Shown here in pieces: positions 1-13,884 of a DNA stretch of 64,000 bases. Positions within the stretch are counted from its first letter, which is position 1. Each line of letters starts with the position of its first letter. Below the pieces are notes generated by a model, which ran no database searches, had not been told where the DNA came from, and saw only the letters and a program-made list of their open reading frames with translations. The stretch comes from Lama glama. Taxonomy: Eukaryota. A program made the position numbers and the translations under genes. The stretch covers positions 20,524,001-20,588,000 of the forward strand of contig CM052817.1 of assembly GCA_028534125.1 (NCBI GenBank), read 5' to 3'.

Positions 1-553
1 CTGAGATTCCTGGCAGCCAAGGCAGAGTGAAATTAGAATGATTTCCCATCTTATTTTGCGAGTAGAGTGGATTTTCAACCCTGCTGGCCTCGATGCTGAA
101 CTCTCTCCCAAAATAATGTGGAGACGTAGTCCAAGGGTCAGAATTCTTTAAGGTAGTTCAAATGCACAAGCAAAGCTGCACAGCTCACCTGGGCAAAACA
201 AAGCAGGATGGTTCATTAGACTTTAGAAAATTACTTACACCCCACATGGCAAAAAGTAAACTCTATGTCTTGTCAAATCTGAATATCTAATTTTCAGCCT
301 AAGGAACTCTTATCAGAAGTGGCTGAAATAATTAATTTTATTCTCCTGAGGACTTGTTTTCTTATGTAGTCCAGGTTCTACCATCCTGTACTTTTAAGTA
401 ACCTGTGCAAGAATATGGGTTAGTTAAGCCAGTGCTCTTGTGAATCTATGCAGAAGTCAGTGTCTGTTTGTCAGTTTCTCGGGGGTCAATCAAGGCCAAG
501 CTACTACTTGAGTAGTAACTGAGTTAAGAACCAACACATGGATCACTGAGCAA

Positions 554-673
554 CTGTGTGACTCTGGGCAAGTGACCTCCATGGATGTTGGTTTCAGCAC
601 CTACCCCATAGTGCTATTGTGAAAATTAAATAAGCTTTGAATGGACACGTGGTAAGCAATCAATGAGTGTTAG
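554..673 (+). mobile_element. MIR SINE fragment
   Basis: ctgtgtgactctgggcaagtgac core, then cctaccccatagtgctattgtgaaaattaaataa and a caatgagtgttag tail. Confidence 0.7.
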
Positions 674-2724
674 GGAATATCACTATGGGTTTAAGTACAG
701 ACATTTTATCAGCTATATCATTAAGGAGGCTTTGCCTTCTTCCAGTGTGTTCTGGGAAATGTCAGCTACCAAATACCGATTGCCCCCTAGAAAGGTTTCT
801 CTTTCCATTGATCAGTTGCAATATGTGAGTTTCTCGCTCAGCAAAGTATCTCTGTTTTGCTTCAGGGTCCTCTGTCAAACGAGATGAAGGTAATACATGC
901 CATCTCTAGTTATTCACAATCTGCCATCATAAGCAGTTGTCATTAAAAAAAAAAAAAACTGAAGTTAAACATTAAAAAAAAGGCTTCCCATGACTGTCTT
1001 GTTTCCTCCAGAATATGAGTTGACTTAATTGCATGGTTTATTATTAATTTTATTTCTTAATACAAAAAATGTGTATAATGAGATCCAAGGGGCAGGAGCA
1101 CTGGTGATGCAAAAACTTAATAAGCTGTAATGAGCTTCACAAATCATGGGTACTCAGAGTGTTACCATTTTAGCACTTCTAAACTGAATGTTAAGATATC
1201 AGTGAAGCAATGTGTACAAAATATCAATGTATATAAAGTTGTGTGAAAAAGAATCAGAAACTTGAAAAAGGTCATAAGATTAAAAAAAAGAAAGAATAAA
1301 AGTATTTTATTTTAGATATGGTTCCCCATGTATCTTCTAAATATGAAATGTAAACAGGCTTGGGAAGCCCAGTAGAAGTAGTACTGCTCCTAAAATATGA
1401 TGTAATTGCCTTATGGACTTGTTTTTTCCCTCATACTTAAAAATGTCTCTTTTCTATAAGCTTAAGAATGCAACCATTTTTCTCAAGGAGGTGGTGATTT
1501 AAATAAGTTGCTCTTGTGGCATTTAATATTGAAATGATATATGGCAAATATTGGGTAATATTAGTTATACTTTCAAATTATGGCTGAAAATTAACCTCCA
1601 GTCAGTTTCTGACTACCTGCCCCACTGCACAAGGATCACATTTGAGTCCTCACGTAAGGGTCAAGTTGTGAGTATCTTCATTTCCCTAAAGAGTCATGAA
1701 ATGCCAGCATGCTTACTTATTATTTATTTGGCGAATTTATTTTCCTCCTTTCTTCTGAACGTCTCAAGTTTTTATACAAAGAATTCATCCTCCTAGAAAG
1801 TGTCTTCAATGCACAAGTGTAAAACAAAGAAGAAATAAGAAAGAAAGTAGCAGATAAGAGGCAGTATCTACAAATATGGTAACTCCAATTAGGCAACAAT
1901 TAGGATTTATTAACTCTCTCTAGTGTAGATGAGATTATTCTTGAAAATCAAGACATTCATTATCATTTTTTTATGTTAGCCTGGTGGGACGGATTCATTT
2001 CTTCCAAGTTTATGGAATTTCTTTTAGTGCCTGTATCAGCTCTCTAAATCTTCGGTCTTGTAGACACAATTTTCAGTTCAATTCCCCATTATCATTTATA
2101 GAACACTCTACAATGTAAAATCTGTTTTACTTAGAAGATCAAATTGGATTTTCATTGCATTTTTTAAAATGGAGAAATCAGCATTTATATTTACAAAAGT
2201 TGAAACCTGGCTCGGAAGAATTAAGTCAGTGGCCCAAGCTTGTTCAACTTCTCTTTGCTGTCAGAAAAATAAATTCTGGTTTCCAGATTTGAAAGTCCAG
2301 GGGTTTCCCCAAATACAACATTAGTTATCTGATCGAAATATAAATTTGAAGTGGTTTTCCCCACATGGATGAGTTGACAGAGACCAGGTCCAGTTGATTT
2401 TGTTTTGCTTGATATTGGTTCTTTCATTGTATTAAGAGAAAAATAAATGTGAAAATAGATTTTAAAGATTATTTTAACATTTTGACACTTACTAAACACT
2501 TTCAACATAAAATATAAAACAATGTATTTGAGTGTGTTATGAAATCAGTCTAGTTATTAGAATTCCATGCTGGTTCTCAATGCCCTACTGGTGGGGTGAT
2601 TCAGGAAGGAAAATCAATTTACATCTGAGTGATGACTTTACCCTCTGTCATAAGTGGGAAGCCTGGGCTCAACTGCTTTACTTCTCTTTTCTCCCCATCA
2701 TGTCTCAGGTGCTCCATGTCCCAC

Positions 2725-3239
2725 TGGATGCATTTCCTCTTGCTGCTGTAACAAATTGCCAAGAATTTAATGCTTTAAAACTATGCTGATTTTTTAACTT
2801 ATAATTTTTGATGTCAAAAATCCAAAATGGGTTTCCCTGGGCTAAAAGCAAGGGGTTGGTAAGGTAGTGTTAATGCTGGAGGCTCTAGAAGAAAATCTAC
2901 TCTCTTTCTTACCTTTAATAGTGTCTAGAGGCTACCACCTTTCCTTGGCATGTGGCCTCTTCCTCTTTCTTCAAAGCTCAGGAAGGTGAGTTTAGATCTT
3001 CTCACATTGCATTATGCTGACCTCCTTTTCTGCCTTCCCTGTCTCCTTTTAAGAACCCTGTGATTACCTTGGGCTCACCCAGATAATCCAAAGTAATTTC
3101 TGTATTTTAAGGTCCATTGATTAGCAATCTTAATTCTATCTGCAGTCCTAAACTCCCCTTTATATGTAAGGTCCCCCATTCATAGGTTCCAGGGATTAGG
3201 ACGTGGACATGATTGGGGTCCACTTTTCTGCCTTCCAAA
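2725..3239 (-). mobile_element. ERVL-MaLR solo LTR, MLT1D-like, full length (~515 bp)
   Basis: Ends resemble MLT1 consensus ends in reverse (tttcctcttgctgctgtaacaaattgcc; ggttccagggattaggacgtggacat...ctgccttcca). Internal tgtgattaccttgggctcacccagataatcc motif. Flanked by CCCAC at 2720-2724 and 3240-3244. Confidence 0.9.
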
Positions 3240-4109
3240 CCCACTGTCACTGATTTTCCTGGAGTCATTTGACTTGTATTAAGAAATGAAAATGAGCATA
3301 CACTGGACAAAGAATATATTCTTCCTTAGGGACACTGGTAGCTGTTCTTTTTTAACAAAGTACATATCAGATGAAACAAGTAAGTGGCAGGGATGGCAGA
3401 GAAGTGGGTTTACCTGGGTAGCAGAAGGTTCTGGCTTGAGCTAGTTAGGTTTCAACTCAGTTTAAGAACTAAATCTTGAGCTGAACACTTCAGAGCCTTA
3501 TTCCATTTGTGTATCCTCATTCCATCCAGACCAAGAAAAGCTGCTTAAGGACACAGTCCTTCATTCCGTAGAATATGAAAACCCAATGTTTTTCAACGTA
3601 TATAGTTTCCCAAACAGATTTTACCAGGTGCAGTTCGGGTGAAATGCCTAGGATAGAAAAGAAAAAAAAAGAGAAAAATGTGAAGCATCTGTCTGAGTGG
3701 ATCCTAGAACGCAAGTTTCATTTTCATTCATTTCAGTGTGGAGGCTGATTCAGGTGCCTGTGAGGCGGGCTTGCTTCTCAGCTTCCCCGTATTTTAGGAG
3801 GTAGCTGTTTAAAGGTTATTTTTTGTCCTTGTGGTTGTTTATTTGTTCATTTTTAGTGTTTTAGTGGTTGGAAACCTGGGCAGCTCTTTTACAGTTCTGC
3901 ATTGCTCCCTTGAACCACTGCAGACTGACTCCAACTGTGTAGTTTAAGACAGAGGTTTATCGACCTCATTCAGCTGCTTCTGGAACTCCATGGGTGTGTA
4001 GAGTAGTCATGCAAAGCAACCAAGAGGCTTATGAACTGAGCTTTTGATGATTATCACAATAGCAAAAAGGAAAGAAAAAGAAACCTTTGCTTGTATTCTC
4101 TGAGTGCTT

Positions 4110-4229
4110 TTGTACAATTAATCTACACTTGCCCAACCAAGCTTAATCTCTCAATTTGCAGCATGTTGACTTTTTGGCACAGTGGTAGGCACAGAGCAAG
4201 TGTTTAATAAGTCTTTGCTGGATTGAATG
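4110..4229 (+). mobile_element. L2 LINE 3' end fragment
   Basis: ggcacagtggtaggcacagagcaagtgtttaataagtctttgctggattgaatg resembles the L2 3' terminus. Confidence 0.6.
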
Positions 4230-4904
4230 TCATTGCAAAGATAGTCTTTTTCTCATTAGTTGCCTGTCAATATTCTCTTTTCCTAACTAGGCCTCCCTCT
4301 GCCTTCCTATTTCTCTGTGCCCGTAAACATAGAAGCTTACAAGGGAATATGTAGGGTCTCAAAGGAAATGGGAGGTGAAATCCAGTCAGTGGCCCAGTTT
4401 GCTTTCACCACTCAATTTCATACCAACTTTACTAACCTCTGCTATTGGAATCATGCATTTAAGAGATGAATAAGACCTTACAGCCTCTAGCGCACAGTAG
4501 GAATGCAGCTGAACATTTTTATGTGATTGAGTCAAAGAAGAAATCACAAAAGAGGTGGTTTCACAGGCTAGGGAAGATTTAGCCAAACATGTTCTGTGGA
4601 GCTGACATTCCAGAGAATGGCTTTGCTTTTTCACAAATGTCTTTTACAAAGATGTTAAAGCCATCTTTGTAGCTTTTCATTGAGGTAATTGACTAAAATG
4701 TTTGGTTATTATGTGTATTTTTGTTCATGGTTTTCGTTTCATGAGTAAATGCATTCCAAGTTGCACTAATGTTTTCAAGACCATGCAGTGCACTAAGGAA
4801 TTTCTTAATGGATGAGCAGAGTCTACTTTTAAAATCATTGATTTCAATCATGTATTCACTGATTCAGCAAACCTATCTTCTTATAGTTTCAGGTAATTAA
4901 GGAA

Positions 4905-5061
4905 TGTAAAGGATATTAAATACCATCTGTTATAACTCCTTTATTTTAAAGTTGAAATGCTAAAGCTGAAAGATTAATCTTTCCCCCAGATTTTACTCTT
5001 AGTATCAGAGCAAGTACTGGACTCCAGTTCTCCTGATCCCTCAGGTCAGAGTTATTTCCAA
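4905..5061 (-). mobile_element. MIR/MIR3 fragment
   Basis: ctcctttattttaaagttgaaatgctaaagctg and agagcaagtactggactccagttctcctgatccc resemble a reverse MIR core and head. Confidence 0.5.
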
Positions 5062-8000
5062 AAAGAACAAGAAATAGTAAACCATGATAATAAATGACAA
5101 TTGAATCTAAACTATGTTCAATGCACTGTTACTGAAACAGAAGTATAATGGATACACACTGTTTGTGAGGACTTTACACACTAGTTGAGAAGTCTTTTCA
5201 TTTTAAAGAATGTTAACACAACAGAAAAGTTGTATTTTTTACATTTGAGTTTTTACATTTTGTTATGGTTGAAAATAATTTTTAAACAGCATTTTATGAA
5301 TTGGGAAATTTACATAAAATTGAAATTCCCATTTCCATAAATAAAATGTTATTGGGACTTAGCTCTTGTCATTCATTTATGCGTCTTCAGTGGGTTCTTT
5401 TTCAAGACAGTGTCAGAATAAGTAGGGGTGGCAGAGAAAAAAGAGACCTCTGACCTATAAGGCCTGAAAAATTCACTTTCGGGCCCTTTATCAAAAAGTT
5501 TGCCAAATCCTTGACTAGGTTTAACAGAAGCCAGCAAAAAAGAGCTAAACATAGATCAAATGATGTGTGCACAATACTGAGGACCCACACTTCATGTTTT
5601 AGAGCACACTATCTTTTTAGGAGTTTTTCAGAAGAAAACGATGTTTGCCTACGTTTACTAAGAGTTTTAGGTTGGGCTATTCTGTTTTCTGATATTTTCA
5701 TTAGAGAAAAAAAAATTGGAAACCAGTTTGTATTTTCAGGCTAGATTAGTTCTTGCAGTAGTTTGAATATTAAATTTATTTTTTTCTCATTTTTAAAATC
5801 GAAATATTAACATGATCCATATGCGAGGAGAAGTGACACCAGTAAAATGAACAGCACTTCGCCAGCACATAGCGGCTTCTATTTTAATACTCTCATCATT
5901 GTTCTTCTGCAGTGTTAAATAGTTTGTGACCTATTGGACTAAGAGCAATAAAGTATAACCTGCATTCTTGGTTTTTTTCAGGACAAATATACACAGTACT
6001 GTCAAAATTAATGACATTATGTAATTGCATGTAAGTCAAGAGAAATAAATACAGTTATTTAACTTCTTCCCCAAATGAGAGTTTTAATTAACTAATACAA
6101 ATGTCTCAACATGTTTCTTTTTTACTCTCCTTTCATCTGCTATTGACTTGAAAGAAAGAAAGGCAGTTTGAAGTACGGAAGAATCTTGAAACGTTAGCAA
6201 AAGAATATGCCCCTAAAAAGTTAAAAGACCTCATTAAGGTTTGTTTGAAGATTCTGCCAGACACAGTCCAGCTAATGCCCTATGGAATCCTAGATATGTT
6301 TGTTCAGTTGCCACTGACACCGGTTGAAAATGTTTGCAGATTAATCAAGTTCCTGTTCATTTGTGAGGAAAGATTTCACAGTCTGAGATAACTCCTCTTT
6401 AAAAATAAAAAGCCAAAGCAGGACTCCTTATAATACAGCCATGTCCTGCTCCATGACTGTTTCAGTGCTTTATGACTGACAAAAAGAGTCATTAGAAGTC
6501 TGTCTGATGGACATAACTAAGTGAATTGCAAAAACTAAAAAAGCCTTTCAGCCCATTCAGAAATAATTGATGTGACGGAGACAGCTATATGTGAGTTCCA
6601 GATAAGGAGACAATTTATGGAGAAACTATTGAAACTAAAAAGGAAGGTGGAAATTTAAAGTCCTCCATAAAGTTGTCTGTAAGACACAGAGCAGCATTCA
6701 ACAGGGAAAGAGATTTAACCCGAAGTTCTTTCCAGAAGCATCCTTAGGGCTCTAATTTCCTGCAAACGAAATCCTCATAAAGGCAGGGTTGTCACAAAGT
6801 TGTAAGAAATGGACTCCAAGGGGGACATTTCTGCACTCTTACCCTGATGTTCGTTTTCTTGTTTACTCCAAGTTGTGTGTATAATAAGAGACTCCTGAAG
6901 TTCACCTCTTTTCTTTTCCTTTTTCAGAAATTGGCCACTGCCCTAACAAAGAAAGCAGTCCATTATCATTGGGCAGGTGGTAACTTAGGAGATTTTGCTG
7001 ATGTCGATGGAAGCCAATACTTTAAAATATTTTGGATTATGGAACTTAATATTTGCTTTTATGGTGGGATGGTTACCTTTTAATCAATCTAACAATTAAG
7101 AATGGATAAAATAAAGTTTTTATTATTATTCATGTATTTTTGAATATGCATCTGGTCCTTACTGCTTTTCTTAGAAACTATAAGTAAACTTGGTGACAGG
7201 GATTTTTTTTTAATAGGTTTCCCCTGTTATACATATTTGATAATGATCATATTCTGAAAACAGAATAACATACTATCATTAATTTCAGGATTAATTTCCA
7301 AAGGTGCAGATTATAAATAGTGTTATCATATCAGTATTTTCAAAAAAAGGAGGGCGGTTATATAGTTCTCTAAAATTTTAAAAAAGCAATTTAAAAATGA
7401 ATCTGCCAAATAAGAAAGAGGCAGTTATCATACTTGCACATACAAGTACAATTTGTCATCTGCTTTCTAGGTATTAAAAAAAAACTTTTTATAAAATTGT
7501 TCCAGTCCTCTAATGAATTTGAAATGTACAGACTTAACTTTCTTTGAATCCTCTGAATCCAGGTTGAGATGCAGCTGCTAGTCCATATTTGAAGTAGAAG
7601 TTGTGATAATTTACGTGACCTCTAAACCTGCTAGACTGCCTAGATTTAGGTTTACTGTTTGGTAATCCACATTATCAATTATGGAAAGACAATTTTATAA
7701 GAAGGAAGAATGAAACAAATGCTCACCACCTTTTCCCTTCATGAATGCCTTGCCCCTTGCAATAATGCCACCGGAACACCAACCTCGTGTCTGTCATCCA
7801 GACATGTTCTAAATTCCCTCTTCGTCCAAGCGGGCTGTCTTTCTCTTGATCCCAAGTTTACCAACATCCCCTCTTAGCTTCTGTTCACAGTCTCCAAATT
7901 AAAAACTCCGAGATGTTAGTAAGTAAATACATTTGTCGAATACATTACGTCGTCTACCCCACAGCACTCAACTTCATTCTCATTTGCCATGTTTGTCCTT

Positions 8001-8774
8001 TCAAGGCCATGAGGTTAATTTTATGTGGAAATGGTCACGGTGATTACACATCCCTCACCTTGGGCTCACCAGAATTTCTGATGAGGAGGGGAGGGTAGGA
8101 AGAGGCAGCAGTCCTTCCGGACCCCCATATCATGAGGGCAAGCGTAGAAGGTAGAGGACCTCCCCCTTTGCACTTGTGCCCCATTCCAGTGTGCCCTCTG
8201 GATTTCTAAAGTGGATTAAGTTATATAAAGAACAGAGAACACTGGGTCCCAGTCTATGGTAGTTTAAAGCAAAATCAACTCTAATGCATTTTCTCATCTG
8301 GGACCTGGCATGACGATGGAGTAGCACCCCACGCCCCAGGGACTACGTATTACCCAGAGTTACCTTTGAACGTATGTATATCTTCAAGTGAAAGTCTCCA
8401 GTGTGTCATAATGAAAACAAAAAATAATTGATGAATGTCATTCTCAAATAATTGAGTATAGAAACACACATGGTTAATAAAAGATTAGATTTCAATCGTT
8501 CTTGAAAAATTTGAGTGTTATTGTATGTACATGCTTGTTTCACAAATGATTTGCATTTAGAAAAATAAAAACAATGCATGAATAGAATTAGGTTTGAAAT
8601 ATCATATGAATTTTAAAAATTCTATTTAGAAACTTTGTAAATTACTGGGTCAGCTCTATATTTTCTTTAAAAAAAATCTAAAACATAATAGGAGATAGGT
8701 CTAGTTATATAGCTGTGGCCTGAGGTATAATACCTTTTATAGTATATGTCTTTGAGGGAGCTTAAGGCTCTTTT

Positions 8775-8932
8775 TATAAACTACCTCATTATTTCTCAGA
8801 GAATTTAAGTTAGGACGGGGTAGATATTATTTTCTGCATTTGGCAGACCCCGAGCCTAAGGCACAAGAACCAAGGGTCAGCTAACTTATCTGAGGTCAAT
8901 AGGGAATCTATAATGCTGCTAGGAATAGAATC
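8775..8932 (-). mobile_element. MIR fragment
   Basis: gtagatattattttctgcatttggcaga...ctaaggcaca...taacttatctgaggtca. Confidence 0.6.
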
Positions 8933-9299
8933 TTTTTTTTTCTTTTATTTCTAATGTAACATTGTTTTCTGATTTTAATCGTTAAACACATATACACAGA
9001 AACAGACACAAACAGTACATGCAGCTTCTCAACATGTTTCACTGTTGACTTTGCCTTTGTGATTCTATTTAAAATTTCAGTCCTCTCTTAATTTTAGTTA
9101 CTTTGCTTCTGGTCTCTGATTTCTTCCGTTCCCAACACACTTAGATTATCAGGCATGTTTTTACTTGCCTTTATTTGCTTGCATCCTCAAATATTTACCT
9201 TAAAGCAAATTTTTTTTTCAATAATAGTGAAGAAAGGCAGAAAGTCCATGAATAAAAGATTTTACACAAATCATTTTTTTTTCTTTTAACTGCCACCCT

Positions 9300-9900
9300 C
9301 TCTCTCTCTTATGCCATATTTTAAAAATTAGTAGTCTATCCCCACTTTCTCTATATATTTACAAGTGGGTCTTTTACTTCCTTTGATTTTTATCTCCTTG
9401 CATGGTTCCCCAAAGTTTAGAGATTTTATAGCACAAGTGACCTTCTAATGGATGAACCCAATGGACATAAGGTAATCAGCATTCTTCTCCACATCTCTGA
9501 TGCTTTGGTTCACATAAAACTTTTTTCTGTTTTTCTAGAAATTATCACCTTCCTTGGCTTCTGAATTTCAAAAGTGACCTAGTTTTCTTATTCACCATAT
9601 TTTTTATCCTTTGCTGCTGGCCCCCAATATGGAATCTATAACTGGTCCTCAAATGTATATTATTTATCAAAATCATTTTCGAGATCTCAACCCAGAAACT
9701 CCTCCTCTGCAGTGCCTGCCCTAAATTCCCCAGCAGGTTTCATGGCAATTTTTTGTGTCTTTATTTTATTAAAGGAAATTTAAATAATATTATATTTTGT
9801 CTGTTTTTATATACCTACAAGATTTGAGTTTCTTCAGTGTGTCATCCTGAAAACCCTGGGACATAATGGGAGGAAACAAATGTAGGTATACTGAAATAAT
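9300..9900 (+). mobile_element. Degenerate L2 LINE fragments
   Basis: gtgaccttctaatggatgaacccaatggaca, tcaccttccttggcttctg and ctcctcctctgcagtgcctgccctaaattcccc are L2-like motifs. Confidence 0.5.
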
Positions 9901-11964
9901 GACGAAATCCAGTCAACCACACAGGCTTGCTTTATAATGGCCTCGCTGCCTATTCTTACTGCTGTTTCCCATAATTCATTCTTTCTCAGAATAATCCTCT
10001 GCCTTCAACATTTCTTCTTCCTCCCGTTTTGCTGAGAATGGTCAGGTCATGTCTTCAATCTCCTCCCTTTAATTAGATCATTTATTTGCCTAAATAAAAT
10101 CTTTGATTTTCACTCCCTATTGTTTATAATTCTCACACATGTTCCACTCACAATTTTTTGGAACAGCTTTCTTAGAGACCTCTTTATTGCACTACTTATT
10201 CAATTTTCAAGCACATTTTCATAGCTTCAAAAAAAAAACCCTACGGGAAAGCTGACACTCTTCTTCAAGTTATTCTGCTTTTTCTTATGTCGAGTAGACT
10301 AGGTTGCCTTTGTAGGACGTAAAGTTGTTCTTCACTCTAGACAGAAAAATGGAAATCTCAGATATCTCAGGTCACTAGATGTCTTCATGTTCATACTTTT
10401 GCATCTCAGGATAGAACCATGATTCTACTGACTCTCCAGGGAAACGCTATGAACACTTAGAGGACCAGCTGATTTCCTGGAGCAGTTTGTTCTCTTTGAC
10501 CTCTTTCCAAATGTTCTTTTGATTGTTGAGTTTATGCTTTTTCTCCATGCCTCTTCATCACTTCTGGAGAGATCTTACAAACTTCTAATATCCAGTCCAA
10601 CCCTGAACACTGATTCATTGGGTTTAAGTGAAGGCCAGACATTGGCATTGTGTTGTCATAAGTTATCTGGCACATCTAAGTTTAGGAATCACCACTTAAA
10701 CCACTTTACATCAGAGTATCAGTCATTAACAAAGTGACAGTTACATATATAGTACAGACTCATTCAGTCTGTCACAGAGCTTTTAACACATTGCTCACAT
10801 TTCCAGTGTAGTCAATATTATCCGGACTATATAAATAATATGAATCCTATATCATAACTTCTGCCATATAACACATCTTCTCAACAGACCGAACCTGCTG
10901 ATGCTGAGGAAAAGTGTATAAATATTTATATATCTGTTTATCTGTCTGTCTATTATATCAACCTATCTAAATCTCCGTGTCTGATTTGCTATTTGAATTA
11001 AAGCTTAATTCTTGCATTAATGGGTTCTCCTTCATAATTCAGAATTTTGTACTACTTTGTTTCACATTACCAACTTAAATAGTTTGCCACAAGAATTTTA
11101 TGTATTCAAAATTATCAAAATAGAGTTTAAGAGATAGTAACATAATGTTGATATTTTATGTAGAAGTCTAATGGAATATTTTTAAATGCAGATAAAAATG
11201 TTGGATGGGGTATTTTATGATCCATTGTGTGATATTCTTTATTTCAGATTGTTATTGTGAATCATTTTCCATTCATTTAGATATTGTTTTAAATGAAAAA
11301 CCATTTTTTGCTAAAAGGAAATATTAATGACCTTAAGCATTTGCTAGTGTATATATACATATACACACTATATATACAATATATATATATATTGTTGTTA
11401 GTGTTTTAAAATTACATTTTCCTTCCAACATTAAATGTAACATGTAACCTACAATAATTTATGGAGATTTAAATAGTCACTGTCAAAATAAAGCAGGGAA
11501 TCAAGCAAATAAAATGCACTGATTTATAGTAGCTATTGTATAATACATTCTAGAAAAATAATTATTTTATTTTTGACATTCTTCATTGCAAACATAGCTG
11601 ATTACCCGTCCTTGCTATTCTGTCATTACTTTTGGCAGAACCAGTATTTGAGCACAGATTCTGAGATTACCACCTTCATTCAAACATCACCCTCTTTTCT
11701 ATTTTTATGTCACACTGGAACATTATCTCTTAAAATTTCTTATTTCCACTTTATTAGTGTAATTTCTGTATTCATTTTGAACTTTCTTCCTGCATTAGTG
11801 GACTGAGCCTAAAATACTTAAGAAACATTACAATAGAATTAAGAATAGCCGTTGACCCTCCTTTCTCTTTATATATTTTTTTAATCCATCGCGATGTCTT
11901 GAAGTGATAATATGTCTTTCTGACCTTCGCATTCTTTCCTAAATTCAACATTGTCATTAAAATG

Positions 11965-12060
11965 TTATTGTTCAGCAGTATTTGCTGAGCATCTTCTGTG
12001 TGCACAACAGTGGTTTTAGGAGCCTGTCAGTGGTCTCACTTCTGAGGTGAGACTGAACAT
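11965..12060 (-). mobile_element. L2 3' end fragment
   Basis: ttcagcagtatttgctgagcatcttctgtgtgcacaacagtggttttagg. Confidence 0.55.
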
Positions 12061-13861
12061 AAAGCGATTCACAGGTAGTTAGCTGTCAGTTGGCAGTGAA
12101 AAATGGAAAAAAAAAAAAAAAAGAAAATATGCACACATGAGATAAAGCATGGTAAATACAAATTGATTTCTATATTTATTAAGAAATAAGGTAAAATATT
12201 ACAGTCATACTGCTGTAAAGAAATATGAGAATTATTAGTGAAACAAGGATAATGTTTCTAGAAATTGTGTTACTAGTAAATATGGGCCCATGGTGTGTAT
12301 GCTGCTGGTACTAGGAATATTTTGTAATTGCTTTAAAATACTGTAGTTCCAATTCAGCAAAACGTTGTAAAGAAGAGAATGATTCAAATGTTTTCCTTTT
12401 CCAATAGAATTTAGCATTTCTAAAAGTTTGATTTTGAATGAAATGAAAAAGAATATTTTATAAAGACTGCACACTCTATATATGTACATGGAGGGAGAGG
12501 TACTGGATTAGAAACTCAAACAATGGACAGTATTCCTGATCGATCTTCTGTCTGAGACAAAATAAGGGGAAGAATTGTGGAAGCATGCATTTGTCTTTAG
12601 TAAAGCCATTTTATAAATTTAGGGGAAGTGTGACCTTTCCTTTTAGCTTTCCCCTTAACAACCTATCATGTAGATAATCCTTAACACTTTAATTCTTAAC
12701 ATTAAAAAATTCCCAGTTATGATAAGTGATTTGTACCACAAATATTCACGTTATAAAAGTACAGAAGGGTTCTTTACCTTTCTCACCATTCTGGTAATAT
12801 TAGTTTTATATTTTATATTAGAAAGAGCTAGTCTCAGTTATAGGTTTACAAATCTGTACATTTATGCCACTTTCAAATTACATAAGAGCTTAATGGATTC
12901 AACTATCGCCGAGAATAATCTCAGACAGATATTATGGAACCTTTTTATGTTGTTCTTTCCCAAATATTATGTGTATGTAACCCTGTTAATACATGACATT
13001 AATTTGTTCCCTTAATGAGCCTAAAGTATTTTTGCTTTATTTTGTAGTTATGATAATCTGTAAGTTCCATACATAGCAAGTATTGCGTTCAGCCAAATCT
13101 GTAACATAGTAGATTGTGAGGTTCAATTGGGTAAAGTTTTGCAGGACTTTTCAAATATGACTTAAAGACTGTATGTGATGTTACTTTTTTGGAACAAACT
13201 GAAAACAGTCATAGTAAGCACATAAAATTAAACTTTTAAACTTTATTTTCAATTCCCTAGTTAAGGAAACTTTTATCTATTATTTCATTACTATCCTTAC
13301 TTTTTCAAGGTCAATAGACAATATTTTTTATATGGATGAAGTAAGAACTATATTCTGATTTCCTAGCACTGCATCTAAATTCCTGTTCCTCAGCTGTACC
13401 TTTAACAGTTTAAGTCAACTACCAGAACACTCAGTTTTAAACCATATACTGTATGGACAAAGAATTCAAAAATGAAGTCTTCTTACAATGGATTAGTTCT
13501 ATATTTATTGCTTTCCAAAATCCCTGACCCTTGTTTATATAAGGAGTCTATTTGTGAAAAACGTATATGAAGTGAAGACTACAGAATAGAAAAATGTTGA
13601 CTATGTGGAACTAACATATCAGATTTCAATGTGTGTTTTAGTGACATTGCTGTTCTCTTATCTGTTTCGAAAAAGGAATTTTCAGTTTTTCCATAAATAA
13701 AAATCTAAGCTTTAGACATTTCTTCGGATAATACTGAGTTAACCAAATAGATTTCAATATATACTAACTATTTTGTATTGAATTAGTTGTCAGTAGACCT
13801 TAATGTATGTAATTTATGTGTTTTTTAAATGAGATCATTGACAATCTTCTGTCTTAGTGAC

Positions 13862-13884
13862 ATTCAGACTCTTTTCTTTTACAG
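13862..13884 (+). promoter_or_regulatory. PCDH7: 3' splice acceptor (polypyrimidine tract plus CAG) of the PCDH7 exon
   Basis: attcagactcttttcttttacag directly precedes the CCA TTT CGT AGA GTG ACG TTT codons. Confidence 0.93.

Larger units (their letters stand above)
1..13884 (+). other. PCDH7: 3' part of the large PCDH7 intron preceding the RRVTF exon
   Basis: No cadherin-repeat coding sequence is present upstream. Delta-1 protocadherins have a large ectodomain exon separated from small tail exons by very long introns. Confidence 0.85.

Noticed and set aside
8242..8308. Inverted repeat ctgggtcccag...ctgggacctgg as a possible miRNA or MITE hairpin
   Set aside because: Only ~11 bp of stem including wobble pairs, and the interior pairs poorly
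11349..11395. Palindromic AT-rich stretch (acaatatatatatatattgt)
   Set aside because: Self-complementarity is a trivial result of (TA)n low complexity
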